Shown here: piece after piece, positions 28,744-37,896 of the stretch
Position numbering within the stretch: the stretch's first letter is position 1
How the letters are laid out: every line of letters begins with the position of its first letter
NCBI RefSeq assembly: GCF_965221945.1
Contig: NZ_OZ244925.1
Coordinates: 3,466,091-3,530,090, forward strand
From: Candidatus Poriferisodalis sp.
GTDB lineage: Bacteria > Actinomycetota > Acidimicrobiia > Acidimicrobiales > Poriferisodalaceae
DNA length: 64,000 nucleotides
Reading direction: 5' to 3'
The notes under the pieces: model-generated
Database searches by the model: none
What the model was told of the DNA's origin: nothing
What the model saw: only the letters and a program-made list of their open reading frames with translations
Made by a program: the position numbers and the translations under genes

Positions 28744-28766
28744 CATGAACCACGCATAGGAACCCG

Positions 28767-29582
28767 ATGAAGTTGGATAACGTATTGGCCAGCGTCGATG
28801 ATCACGTTGCCTCGATAACGCTGAACCGTCCCGACAAGCGTAACTCGATCCGCCCCGAGATGGTGGCCGATCTCTTCACAGCGCTCGACTGGCTCGAAAG
28901 CCAGGTGGAGGTTCGCTGCCTCGTGATAGATGCTGTAGGCCCGGCGTTCTGCGCTGGTGCCGATTTGAAGGATTTCTCGGAGGAGTGGGTCGAGCGAGCG
29001 GCCCGACCTTCTGGCGAAGCGATTCAGGGTCTGTTGGAAATGATGACAGCCCTTTCGGACCTCGTATTCAGGCTGCGCGGGATCTCTTACCCAGTAATAG
29101 CAGCTGTGAACGGGCCAGCAATGGGTGGAGGATGCAATCTAGCGCTAGCATGCGACATCCGCCTAGCAACACCGAGCGCGCTCTTCGCCTCGAGCTTCGT
29201 GAAGATCGGGCTGAGTTCTGCCGCAATGGGTGGCACATACCTGTTACCGAGGGCGATCGGTGAAGGTCGGGCTCTTGAGCTGCTTCTGACCGGGCGCGGC
29301 GTCACCGCTGAGGAGGCCGACCGCATCGGCCTCGTCAACAGGGTCGTGCCGGACGAGGATCTCGCGGACGAGGTGCGCAGCCTGGCAGCCGAGTGTGCCG
29401 CTCTGCCGCCGCTTGCCCTTGCTGCAACGAAGAGGGCCACAAGACTGAACGCGACTGCCACGTTGGAGCAGACGCTCGCGTTGGAAGCGCAGTTGCAAGC
29501 CCCCTTGTTTCTCTCGTCGGATCACCAAGAGGGAATGCTCGCGTTCCTTGAAAAGCGTCGGCCAGCATTCGAAGGTCGATAG
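28767..29582 (+). CDS. enoyl-CoA hydratase/isomerase (crotonase) family protein
   Basis: ITLNRPDKRNS, AFCAGADLK, AAVNGPAMGGGCNLALACDIR are the classic crotonase motifs. Confidence 0.85.
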   Translation: MKLDNVLASVDDHVASITLNRPDKRNSIRPEMVADLFTALDWLESQVEVRCLVIDAVGPAFCAGADLKDFSEEWVERAARPSGEAIQGLLEMMTALSDLVFRLRGISYPVIAAVNGPAMGGGCNLALACDIRLATPSALFASSFVKIGLSSAAMGGTYLLPRAIGEGRALELLLTGRGVTAEEADRIGLVNRVVPDEDLADEVRSLAAECAALPPLALAATKRATRLNATATLEQTLALEAQLQAPLFLSSDHQEGMLAFLEKRRPAFEGR

Positions 29583-29608
29583 CCGGACAGGACGTCGGGA
29601 GGCTACAC

Positions 29609-30814
29609 ATGCAGGAAGACCGGCGGCTGCCATTGGAGGGTATTCGCGTCTTGGAGGTCGGTGAACTGATTGCGGGTCCTTTCACATGTACTCTCCTGGG
29701 AGAATTTGGTGCGGACGTGATAAAGATCGAGCGGCCGAAGAGGGGCGATCTTATTCGCCTTTTTGGACCCCAGACTGACGGAGAGTTCGTCTACTGGTCA
29801 ATGCTTGCACGAAACAAGAAGTCGGTTGTGGTCGATCTGAATAGCACGGCAGGACGCGCGATTCTCGGAGATCTGATCAGGCAATCAGACGTTCTGATGG
29901 ATAGTCTGCGCCCGGGGTTGTTCGATACTTGGGGCTTCGACGATGAGACGCTTCAATCTATGAACCAGCGCTTGATTACTCTGCATGTATCGGGGTTCGG
30001 AAGAACCGGTCCGTATAGTTCGCGTCCGGGTTATGACCCGGTTGCCCAAGCGATCAGCGGTCTCAGTTACATGACGGGAGATCCAAGTGGGCCGCCAATG
30101 CGCGCGGGAGGCAGCATTCCGGTATGTGATTTTACTACGAGTTTCCTGGGCGCTCTTGGCATATGCCTTGCCATCATAGAGCGCTTTTCCTCGGAGCAAG
30201 GACAGGTCATTGACGTCGCACTCTACGACCTTGCATTCCGCGTACTAGCACCGCTGCTCACCCTGTACGACAGATCTGGAGAAGTATACGGACGTCACGG
30301 GAATCGCAGCCTTGGAGGTGGACCCACCGGCCATTTTCGCACCAAGGATGACACGTGGTTGGCAATTTCAATACAGGGCGATGACCAGTTCGACCGATGC
30401 GCTCGAGCAATCGGTCGTGAGGATTGGACTGAGAAACCGGAGTACCAGACGATCGACTCGCGCACCATTCATCGAGAAGTCATTGATGGCGCGATGGCTG
30501 ATTGGGTTGCTGTTCGGACGGCAGAAGATGTGGTGGATAAGTTGGAATCGAATGGACTAGTTTGCGGCGTAATATTGACGCCCGCCGATGCGGCTCAGGA
30601 CCCGCATCTGAAGAGTCGCAGCCTCCACCGCAGCGGCACGGACGGCTCACTTCTTCCGTGGCCGGTTCCGATGCTCTCCTGCACGCCTGGCCAGTCTGAG
30701 GGCCGAGCGCCCGATCTTGGGGAACAGACTGCAGAGGTGCTGAAGCAGGTCCTCGGGTACACCGACGATCGTGTCGAGTCCCTCAGATCAGCAGGGATCA
30801 TTGAGACACTCTAG
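29609..30814 (+). CDS. family III CoA-transferase (CaiB/BaiF)
   Basis: PLEGIRVLEVGELIAGPFTCTLLGEFGADVIKIERP and the GYDPVAQAISGL motif. Confidence 0.85.
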   Translation: MQEDRRLPLEGIRVLEVGELIAGPFTCTLLGEFGADVIKIERPKRGDLIRLFGPQTDGEFVYWSMLARNKKSVVVDLNSTAGRAILGDLIRQSDVLMDSLRPGLFDTWGFDDETLQSMNQRLITLHVSGFGRTGPYSSRPGYDPVAQAISGLSYMTGDPSGPPMRAGGSIPVCDFTTSFLGALGICLAIIERFSSEQGQVIDVALYDLAFRVLAPLLTLYDRSGEVYGRHGNRSLGGGPTGHFRTKDDTWLAISIQGDDQFDRCARAIGREDWTEKPEYQTIDSRTIHREVIDGAMADWVAVRTAEDVVDKLESNGLVCGVILTPADAAQDPHLKSRSLHRSGTDGSLLPWPVPMLSCTPGQSEGRAPDLGEQTAEVLKQVLGYTDDRVESLRSAGIIETL

Positions 30815-31089
30815 AAGCTGAGGTTGACCGTATGTGGCTGCGGTCATGTTGAAAAGCACGAGATTCTGTTTTTGTGAGTACTGGCGTGTACCGCAAAGAT
30901 GACCAAATCCTCGCTATCAGCGAATTTGACGGGTTTCATAAGGGGCACCATAGGTTGGTCGCGTCGTGTGTGACTGCGGCGCGTCGGATCAACCGACCGG
31001 CTGGTGGTGTTGTCCTCGACCGCGCAAAACCCTCGGCTGGCGCACACCCGCCGCAGCCTTCAACGAACACCTACGCTCCCTCCAACAAC

Positions 31090-31190
31090 CCCGTGTTGCG
31101 ACAAGCGGTTGAATCCGCTCAGTTCACCAGCATCCGCTACAGCGAACGCCTCGACGAGATCGGCGCCACCCCCTCGATCGGGTCGGCGAT
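31090..31190 (+). pseudogene. IS3-family transposase (rve core) internal remnant
   Basis: Frame reads AVESAQFTSIRYSERLDEIGATPSIGS, matching the (Q)YTSIRYTERL.E.GI.PSVGS block of IS3 OrfB. There is no start and no continuation. Confidence 0.4.
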
Positions 31191-31685
31191 GAATTCCCGT
31201 GCCGCTCCAGCAAGCGCATCCCGGCTGAGCGCATGAAGTCCGGCGTCGAGCACCGTGTCCCGCTGAGCCGGAAGTTCGATGACAGTGATTTCGATCTCGA
31301 ACTCGTCGATACCGCTCTCGCTCAACACAAATGTCCGCCTGTCGCCGAGGCAGACATCGGAAAGGCACTCTTAGATCTGCACCTTGCCGAGGGCGCCCCT
31401 GGGGCCACTTCGAGCCGTGATCTTGTGGTGATGACCGCAGCGGCAATTCTCTTCGCGAACGACCCGCGACGCCTCGTCCCTGGCGCCGCTGCACACCTTG
31501 TTCGACGTCCAGGGACCGGTTCGGCTTCCGACGTCACCGCGCACCGTATGTACCGCGAGGTTGAGCAGCAACCCGGTTCGCTGCCAGCACAGCAGCCAAC
31601 CGAGGGAACAGGCTCAGGCGAATAGGCGGCGGCTCCGCGGTTGCGACAGCAGCGTCATGGTGCCCCTAACTCCTGTCCCCAGCGG

Positions 31686-31793
31686 CTAGGTGTTAGCTGC
31701 ACAGTTGAACTGAACGGTCGGGTGGCCTGCCCGCCCGATCGGGACAGCCAAGACTGAGAAGGAGCCCCGGGGTTTCGGCCCGGGGCCCCTCGC
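31686..31793 (+). repeat. two-hairpin 3' element, copy 1 (only copy in + orientation)
   Basis: CTAGGTGTTAGCTGCACAGTTGAACTGAACGGTCGGGTGGCCTGCCCGCCCGATCGGG...GGAGCCCCGGGGTTTCGGCCCGGGGCCCC. It is preceded at 31628-31689 by a degenerate S-layer gene tail. Confidence 0.9.
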
Positions 31794-31927
31794 GTACATG
31801 GTCTTCGCTGCCTGTCGCTTCATCTGGCACGTCGAGCTTCTGTTCGCCGTACAGCTTGAACCACGCTTCGCTCGGGGCTTGAACAAAGTAGCTACATGTA
31901 GCTTCATCGGCTGCTACGCTTGTCGTC

Positions 31928-32218
31928 ATGCGGTCAGTCGGCATCAAGGTGCTCAACAGCCGACTCAGCGAGTACGTACGGCTGGCGGCCAGCGGCGAGA
32001 CCATCCTGGTGACCGACCGCGACCGCGTCGTCGCCGAGATGGGGCCGCCGCAGCCGACCCGCAGCCCGCTGGTAGCAGATGCTTTCCTGGCAGATCTCGT
32101 CCGCAGCGGCGTGCTGAGGCCAGGCCTGGTGGCGGCGACAGAGCCTCCGCCTTCGCAGCCGACCGCACCGCTGAGCGAGATCCTCACGGACCTCGACTCG
32201 GCCAGAGCTGACCGGTGA
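31928..32218 (+). CDS. Phd/YefM-type antitoxin
   Basis: VGIKVLNSRLSEYVRLAASGETILVTDRDRVVAEM is a typical Phd/YefM N-terminus. GTGA overlap with the PIN gene. Confidence 0.75.
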   Translation: MRSVGIKVLNSRLSEYVRLAASGETILVTDRDRVVAEMGPPQPTRSPLVADAFLADLVRSGVLRPGLVAATEPPPSQPTAPLSEILTDLDSARADR

Positions 32219-32616
32219 TCTACCTTGACACCTCTGTTGTGCTCGCCCATCTGCTCAGCGAGGACCGTGTGCCGCCCGAATCGCTGTGGGGCCACACGCT
32301 CGTGTCCAGCCGGCTGACCGAGTACGAGACCTGGACCCAGCTGCACGGGCGCGGACTGGCCGAATCCCACGGCGAGGCCGCTCGGGCGCTGCTGGGCCGG
32401 CTGGGACTCGTCGAGCTCGTGCCTGCGGTGCTCGCACGAGCGCTGGAGGCATTCCCGGGTCCGTCGAGCGTGCCCACGCTCGACGCCTTGCACCTGGCAA
32501 CATGCGAGTTCTTGCGCGACGCAGGCCAAACCGTGGAACTCGCCAGCTACGACCGCCGAATGAACGACACAGCCAGCGCCATGGGCGTCCCCCTCTTCCC
32601 CGACGCCGACGGCTGA
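32215..32616 (+). CDS. vapC: VapC-type PIN-domain toxin
   Basis: MIYLDTSVVLAHL..., SRLTEYE, LDALHLATCEF, ASYDRRM give the four acidic PIN positions. Confidence 0.8.
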   Translation: MIYLDTSVVLAHLLSEDRVPPESLWGHTLVSSRLTEYETWTQLHGRGLAESHGEAARALLGRLGLVELVPAVLARALEAFPGPSSVPTLDALHLATCEFLRDAGQTVELASYDRRMNDTASAMGVPLFPDADG

Positions 32617-33199
32617 CACGCCGCGGCGCGGTTCAGCAGCTCGAATCCGCCGAGCTCGATCTCGGCCCCGGGGCCACAACAGCGCCCAAGACAGCGCCAC
32701 GTCGGTGTGAGCCATCCCCGCCGGCGCTGCCACCCCAAGAACATGGCACGCACGTTGGTCCTTGCCGGCTGGGGACGGTCCTTGCGTTCGGTTGCACGCG
32801 GGAGGGCTGTAAACGATCGGTGGAATTTCGAGATTTGTATGCGAACGGTGACAAGCCGGTCGACTGCGCCCATGGCGGCTCGGGCAGCGTTGGCAGTGCG
32901 CTCGGCAGGGTCCTGGCCAGCGTGATCGCAGCGAGGACTGGCGCAGCTTCGCCCGCGACATCGGCGTGGACGCCCGCTGGGCCGCCGAACAGATACAGCG
33001 CATCGCAGCAAACACCCCCGCTTGCCTACAAGCCGAGATCGACGCGCTGTCCACCGACGACAGGTCCAGTGGCATCACCACCCGCCTGCTGGTAGCGATC
33101 ACTCAACGCTGCGACTCCATCACCGCCTGAACGGCCGAACACACGCCCGACCGCGGCAAAAGTCAGCGCCGCCCGCCTCGATCTGTAACGCGACTTCGG

Positions 33200-34501
33200 T
33201 CACGCCGCCACGAGCTCGGCGATGCCGTGGTTCTCGATCTGGTGTCCGATCACGTAGGAGGACACGCCGAACTCGTCAGCAAGATCGGCGATGAGGTCCT
33301 GATCGACGAACTGAACGGTAATCCTCTCCGCCAAGCTCGCGGATGGGGCCAGGAACTCAGCTGCAAAGGCTCGGTTCCGCTGCTGCCGCTCAGTGTTGGC
33401 TCTCGTGAGCAGAGCGTCGTTGCTGGTTGTCAGCGCCTCGGCCAATGCACGGCAAAACAGAAATCGTTGACTGGTCTCCCCGGCCGCCCTCAACCCGAAT
33501 GACACCGTCTGCGAGTCTCGGGGCCTCACCACTCCATCGATCGACGTCAGCGCACCCAGAGATTGGACGGGCCGGGTGGCCCGGTTCAGCGTCGCGACAT
33601 CGTGGCCAATTGCCTCCGCTAGCCCTGCTGTCGTGGTGATGAGCTCACCGTTGAGGCCGAACACCTGACGGGCCCGCCGCGCCAGCTCATATCCCGCCTG
33701 CCACGGACGGCTCGCATGGTGAGGCAGGTCGCCCGAATGCAGCAGACTTGCCCCAAGCCGAACCTCATTGGGCACCGCCTGCTCCATGGCCTTGTGGATC
33801 GCGGTGCACGCCGCCAGCGGCTCGTCGGGACCCAACGCGGGCAGAGCTTCCTCTCGCAGATCGCCCAGCAACTCTCCGACCTGCAGCACGAGGCTCTTCT
33901 GCGGCTCGTCAAGGTCGTAGGGATCCCTGCCGAGTCCTGCCGCGGTCGCGCAGAACGCCAGCTCGTCGGCATCAGTGGCCTCGATGGCCGCCCACTCTGA
34001 CTGCAGATGCGTGGCGGTGATGCCGCATGCCGCGAGTCGACTCACCACCATGTCAACGAAATCAGAACAGTCCTGCACGAACTGGTCACGATCAACCGTT
34101 ATCGAGCCGCGACTTCGAAACTCGAGCTCGTTCCACTCCGACATCCGGTCGCTCCATACGATGTGCGTCAGTCGGCCAGCCGAGCTGAATCGCACATCGG
34201 GGAAGGCGTAGCCCTCTGCACCGGTCACCAGACTGTGGCGCTGAGCGAACGCCGGATCAGTTCGGTTGAGGAGATTCTCTGCCTCATAGGCGAGGAACCA
34301 CCAATTCGACACCAGCCATTCGGCCATGGGATAGAGAGGGACATAGACAGCGTCACGCAGTGTCCGCGCTCGCTTGTCGTCAACCCGGGTCAGCACCGCA
34401 TTGTCGGCTTGAATGCGTAATGAAGCGAACGTTGCTGCCAGTTCCGGACCCTTGATGCCGGTGCCATCAAGCCATTCGACATCGAAGCGCAGTGCGTTCA
34501 T
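33200..34501 (-). CDS. uncharacterised 433-aa protein with ImmA/IrrE (DUF955)-like C-terminal region lacking HExxH
   Basis: ATG 34501 overlaps the upstream stop (ATGA). The C-terminus RNRAFAAEFLAPSASL...LADEFGVSSYVIGHQIENHG resembles the ImmA/IrrE tail. FCRALAEAL stands where HExxH is expected. The N-terminal ~300 aa are unrecognised. Confidence 0.55.
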   Translation of the reverse strand: MNALRFDVEWLDGTGIKGPELAATFASLRIQADNAVLTRVDDKRARTLRDAVYVPLYPMAEWLVSNWWFLAYEAENLLNRTDPAFAQRHSLVTGAEGYAFPDVRFSSAGRLTHIVWSDRMSEWNELEFRSRGSITVDRDQFVQDCSDFVDMVVSRLAACGITATHLQSEWAAIEATDADELAFCATAAGLGRDPYDLDEPQKSLVLQVGELLGDLREEALPALGPDEPLAACTAIHKAMEQAVPNEVRLGASLLHSGDLPHHASRPWQAGYELARRARQVFGLNGELITTTAGLAEAIGHDVATLNRATRPVQSLGALTSIDGVVRPRDSQTVSFGLRAAGETSQRFLFCRALAEALTTSNDALLTRANTERQQRNRAFAAEFLAPSASLAERITVQFVDQDLIADLADEFGVSSYVIGHQIENHGIAELVAA

Positions 34502-34890
34502 CGGGGCCTCTCCATGTGCAGGGGCCACTCGTCTGGCCTGAGCGGGTAGCCCTTGTACGAACCGTCGCCCTTGTTGACGAGCCGCGCTTCGAAAACCGTG
34601 TCGTCCAGTCGGTGCCACGCATAGCGCGGGTAGCCGTCTTCCCATGGCCCACCGGTCGAGCCAGCGCGCACGGCGGAACGAAGCCAATCCGCGACCACTT
34701 CGGCGTCGTTGTGCTCCCGGGGGCAGATGGACGCGTCGCTGCGAGGACGGGGGTGGCCCGCGAATGTCGGCATGTCCTTGTGCTCAGGGCTGCCGACGTA
34801 GCGAACACGGTCTGCCAATGCGTCCAGATCGGTGCCTGGCGGGACGATTCGAGTGCGTTGCCGGGGACGTTGTCGATTCGGTGACCGCAT
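34498..34890 (-). CDS. uncharacterised 130-aa basic protein (partner of 33200-34501)
   Basis: ATG 34890 (MRSPNRQRPRQRTR...). Conserved-looking RYVGSPEHKD...ASICP...GSYKGYPL. No family recognised. The 181-aa ORF extension is less likely. Confidence 0.45.
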   Translation of the reverse strand: MRSPNRQRPRQRTRIVPPGTDLDALADRVRYVGSPEHKDMPTFAGHPRPRSDASICPREHNDAEVVADWLRSAVRAGSTGGPWEDGYPRYAWHRLDDTVFEARLVNKGDGSYKGYPLRPDEWPLHMERPR

Positions 34891-35057
34891 GGTCAAAATG
34901 CTACGAGACCGCTGTCCAGGCCGCGCTTTGCGAACCCCATCGGCACCGAGCACAACGGTGGTTGAGAGAGTCAGCCAGCGGTTCAGTGCTTGTGTCGGCG
35001 TTCCTAGCTGATGGGCTTCAACTTCCACAGGGTCAAGTGCCAACAGCGACGATGGCA

Positions 35058-35170
35058 GAGACGCGAGGAGCCCCGGGGCCGAAACCCCGGGGCTCCTTCT
35101 CAGTTCTGGCTGACCCGATCGGGCGGGCAGGCCACCCGACCGTTCAGTTCAACTCTGCAGCTAGCTCCTA
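35058..35170 (-). repeat. two-hairpin 3' element, copy 2
   Basis: GGAGCCCCGGGGCCGAAACCCCGGGGCTCC (35067-35096) plus CGATCGGGCGG/CCACCCGACCG (35116-35142) plus CAGTTCAACTC. It abuts the stop codon at 35168-35170. Confidence 0.9.
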
Positions 35171-36470
35171 CTGGGGAGCCTTCACGCTGCTGCTGCGCCC
35201 GATACGGACCTGCGAGCGAGTGTTCATGCTCTCATCAACCTTGATGGTTGTGGTCGCGTCGTCTGCGTAGCCAAGGGCGACCGGCGCAACTGCCGCACGA
35301 GCGTCAGTCTCGACCTCCGTCGTGTTCGGGTCGTCGGTGACTTCCGAAGCGCCCGCCGCTGTGGTCACGAGGTCACGCAACGCCGGCAGCATGATCGCCG
35401 AACTCGTCGTCGCCTCATAGCGGACAGTCGTCCCAGGGTCCGAGAACACATAGTTGTTGTCGGCACTCTCGTCCGTGTCCGCCGTACTCGGGTTATCGGG
35501 CGAGTTATCCAGCACTGCCAAATTGAGACCAGCTCGCACCTCGTCGGTCAGGCCATGGTCCGGGGACGCGGCGTCAGATGCTTGAGCGTCGACGACTCCA
35601 GCCTCCCCGGCGCGTTCAGCCGTTGCAGCCAGAATGTCTTCGAGCAGCGCAATGTTCTCGCTGCCACTCAAGCCGGTGGCTTCGATGTAGGCGTTAAACG
35701 TCACCTGGATCGCAACCTTGGTCTCGCCGCCAGCCAACGCACTGATCGACCAGGTATCCACCTCGAATTCCGTGGGCGTGATTGTGCCGTCGTTGTTGGC
35801 ATCGGCCATGCCGCCGCCACGCTCAAGAGTCGCTATATCCAGCTCCTTCTTGGTCGCAGCCGAACCGCACTTGCCAACGTTGCCGCCGGTGATGGTGTCA
35901 GGGTCAGTGTCGACCTTCACCTCGAACATCGCCGCGAAAGCGCTGTTGGCCTCAAGTTCAGCCGCCAGATCGCCGAATGTGGCCTTGCCGTTGATGAACC
36001 GCACGAACACGGTCCTGTCACGGCTGTTGACCCGAACATCGATGTCGAGGTCCTTCTCGGCGTCGTAGCTGCTGGTCTTGTCGAACACGACCGACCACAG
36101 GTTGCCGACTGCACCAGCAGCGGCACCGTCAGCCTTGGCAGCGATCCAGATGTCCGGAGCGTCGATCGAGCTGTCCTCGGTAGTGGTTGCATCGCCGTCG
36201 TCGGGCGCTGTGCCAGCACCATCAGTCAGGCTGTGAGGCACCGCAGCCACAGCTTGCTTGCTGTGGTTCAGGTTGCTCATCAGCACCGATGTGATGCGCG
36301 GGCTCGCCTGCGCCTTGATGGCCGTGAACGAGCGCTGCAGGTTCTTGTTCTTGTTCGGGGATGTGTCCACGATCGCACCAGCAGCAATGGTCACACGGTC
36401 ACCAGGAGCCAGATCGGCCTTTGTGCCGGTGGCGACGCCGTTCGCATCGGTGGTCTGGAAGCCCAGGCTC
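35168..36470 (-). pseudogene. promoterless 3' portion (~430 codons, frame intact) of a CWB2 S-layer-family gene
   Basis: Near-identical blocks to gene 44496-47489 (DRVTIAAGAIVDTSPN.NKNLQRSFTAIKAQASPRITSVLMS; DLDIDVRVNSRDRTVFVRFINGKATFGDLAAELEANSAF) alternate with divergent blocks. It ends SQVRIGRSSSVKAPQ. The 5' side is joined to a hepT fragment. Confidence 0.75.
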
Positions 36471-36653
36471 TCTGAGGACGCGAAGTCCCGTTGGGCGCAC
36501 ATTCCGTGGGCAGAGATGCGGGGCTTTCGGAATTTCGTGGTGCACGAGTACCACAAGGTCGACCATGAACTTCTGTGGGAAGCCATGTGTCGGGACATCC
36601 CTCAGCTCATCGAGGACCTCACCGCCCACCTGCATTGCCCGCAAGATTCGTAG
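36470..36653 (+). pseudogene. HepT/DUF86 (HEPN toxin) C-terminal fragment
   Basis: HIPWAEMRGFRNFVVHEYHKVDHELLWEAMCRDIPQL carries the R-x4-H-x-Y HEPN motif of HepT. There is no N-terminal part and no MntA partner. Confidence 0.55.
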
Positions 36654-36758
36654 GCCTTATGGTGTGCATGTCTCGCAGTGTTGCTCTGCGGGGAAGACGC
36701 AAGCCCCGGAGGGCCAGTCCGAGACTCCGCAAGGAGTGCCTAGGACGGGAGCCGGGGC

Positions 36759-37268
36759 TTACGCATTGGTCTGCTCCGCTGCGATCCATTCCACTCTTGG
36801 TGAGATGTGATCGGACTGGACTCCTGCAATGCGCGCACACGTGCCGTCGCCAACCGCGTCGCGTGATGCGCCAGCCAGGGCATCGGCGTACCACAGCAGA
36901 GGCTCTCTCTTCGAACTCCATCTGTACGAGAACTCGCAAGAGGGAAGACCACGGAGCCGGTCAAGGATCACGGCACGATCGCGCTCGTCGCTCTTGGTGC
37001 CCCGGGACTCGATAATCAGATCATCGATGCCGTCATTCACGAGCCTGGCGACGAGCTCAGTCATCAGAGCAGCGCGTGCGTGCTCCATGCCGCTGCGGCT
37101 CGTCGCCTGCGCCAGGACGTGGGTGCCAACGGCGTGTTGTCGGATGAGCTGTCGTGCCCCAGCTTGATTTTGGGATCCCTCGTTCTTCCAGTGGAACGGC
37201 CGCGACCGGCCCGGCGCAGTCACCAACTCGCGCATCGAGCGAGCCGCCGGCTCGCTCCCCGGCAGCAC
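36759..37268 (-). CDS. hypothetical protein (tentatively DUF3800-like), probably 5'-truncated
   Basis: DGIDDLIIESRGTKSDERDRAVILDRL...KREPLLWYADALAGA. A 3' fragment of a paralogue lies at 40681-40850, upstream of the AlkB-like gene. Confidence 0.3.
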   Translation of the reverse strand: MLPGSEPAARSMRELVTAPGRSRPFHWKNEGSQNQAGARQLIRQHAVGTHVLAQATSRSGMEHARAALMTELVARLVNDGIDDLIIESRGTKSDERDRAVILDRLRGLPSCEFSYRWSSKREPLLWYADALAGASRDAVGDGTCARIAGVQSDHISPRVEWIAAEQTNA

Positions 37269-37342
37269 AGCGGCGGCGAGGACGCGATCGGAAACCCACG
37301 CGATTCACAACCTGAAGCGAATCCGCTTGTCCCCGGGGTCGG

Positions 37343-37879
37343 TCAGCTGCGACCGGAGCGCACCATGAGGTCGAGGGTGCGCTGGATCTGGGCCATGCGG
37401 CGGGCCTCGTCTGTAGCGCCGAGGTCGGTGAGCAGCATCTGCATCTCGCGGACGTCTTGGCTGGCTTGGGTGGCATCGATCGTGTCGAAGTGGGCCCAGC
37501 GGTTGCGTGCATCACGCAGATGCTCGAGCGTCGGTTGAGTCGTCACCGTGAAGACCTTTTCGAAGGTCGCCGCTTCCTCTCGCCTCAGGAGCACTTGGAG
37601 GTACACGTAGGGGTCGTGCAGCGGAACACGTTCCGCGGAAGCAAAGATCCCGTGCTTCTGGCGCAGCTCGTGGTGCCAGTCGCCGCCGTAGTGGAGTTCG
37701 TAGACGGCCTGCATTCGCGGCATCATCCCGCTCCCGAGCAGCTCAAGCGCCTTCCCGACGAGATCTCGGGCGCTGTCGATGGGCGATGTTGGCCAGAAGG
37801 CGACAATGGTGTCCCGCATCGAGACAGGAACCCGCTTGCCGGCTTGGCCGATCCAGGCCTCCTCGACGTAGTTCGGCAC
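37343..37879 (-). pseudogene. 5'-truncated exact duplicate of the Swt1-like HEPN gene
   Basis: 37331-37898 is identical by eye to 43380-43947. It retains the HEPN half (LRDARNRWAH) and could still be translated from GTG 37879. Confidence 0.6.
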
Positions 37880-37896
37880 ATTCGCCGCTCTTGACG

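Noticed and set aside
30874-31020. RibF (FAD synthetase) N-terminal-like fragment (LAISEFDGFHKGHHRLV)
   Set aside because: Only one short motif resembles (A)IGNFDGVH.GH. There is no continuation of the family pattern, which is insufficient for a call.
31233-31625. AlbA_2/Schlafen-type regulator fragment (AAAILFANDPRRLVPGAAAHLVRRPG)
   Set aside because: The resemblance to the LLLFgk.P..f.P.a.i...R motif is weak and isolated. I could not support it further by eye.
31693-33102. 469-aa minus-strand ORF spanning the vapBC region
   Set aside because: It is antisense to a clear Phd/VapC pair, has low-complexity Arg/Ala/Pro composition, and runs through the repeat element.
32870-33130. HipA C-terminal remnant (…EDWRSFARDIGVDARWAAEQIQRIAANTP…ITQRCDSITA*)
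   Set aside because: The frame has no start codon, and the similarity is only to the poorly conserved HipA tail. It is mentioned as possible debris but not annotated.
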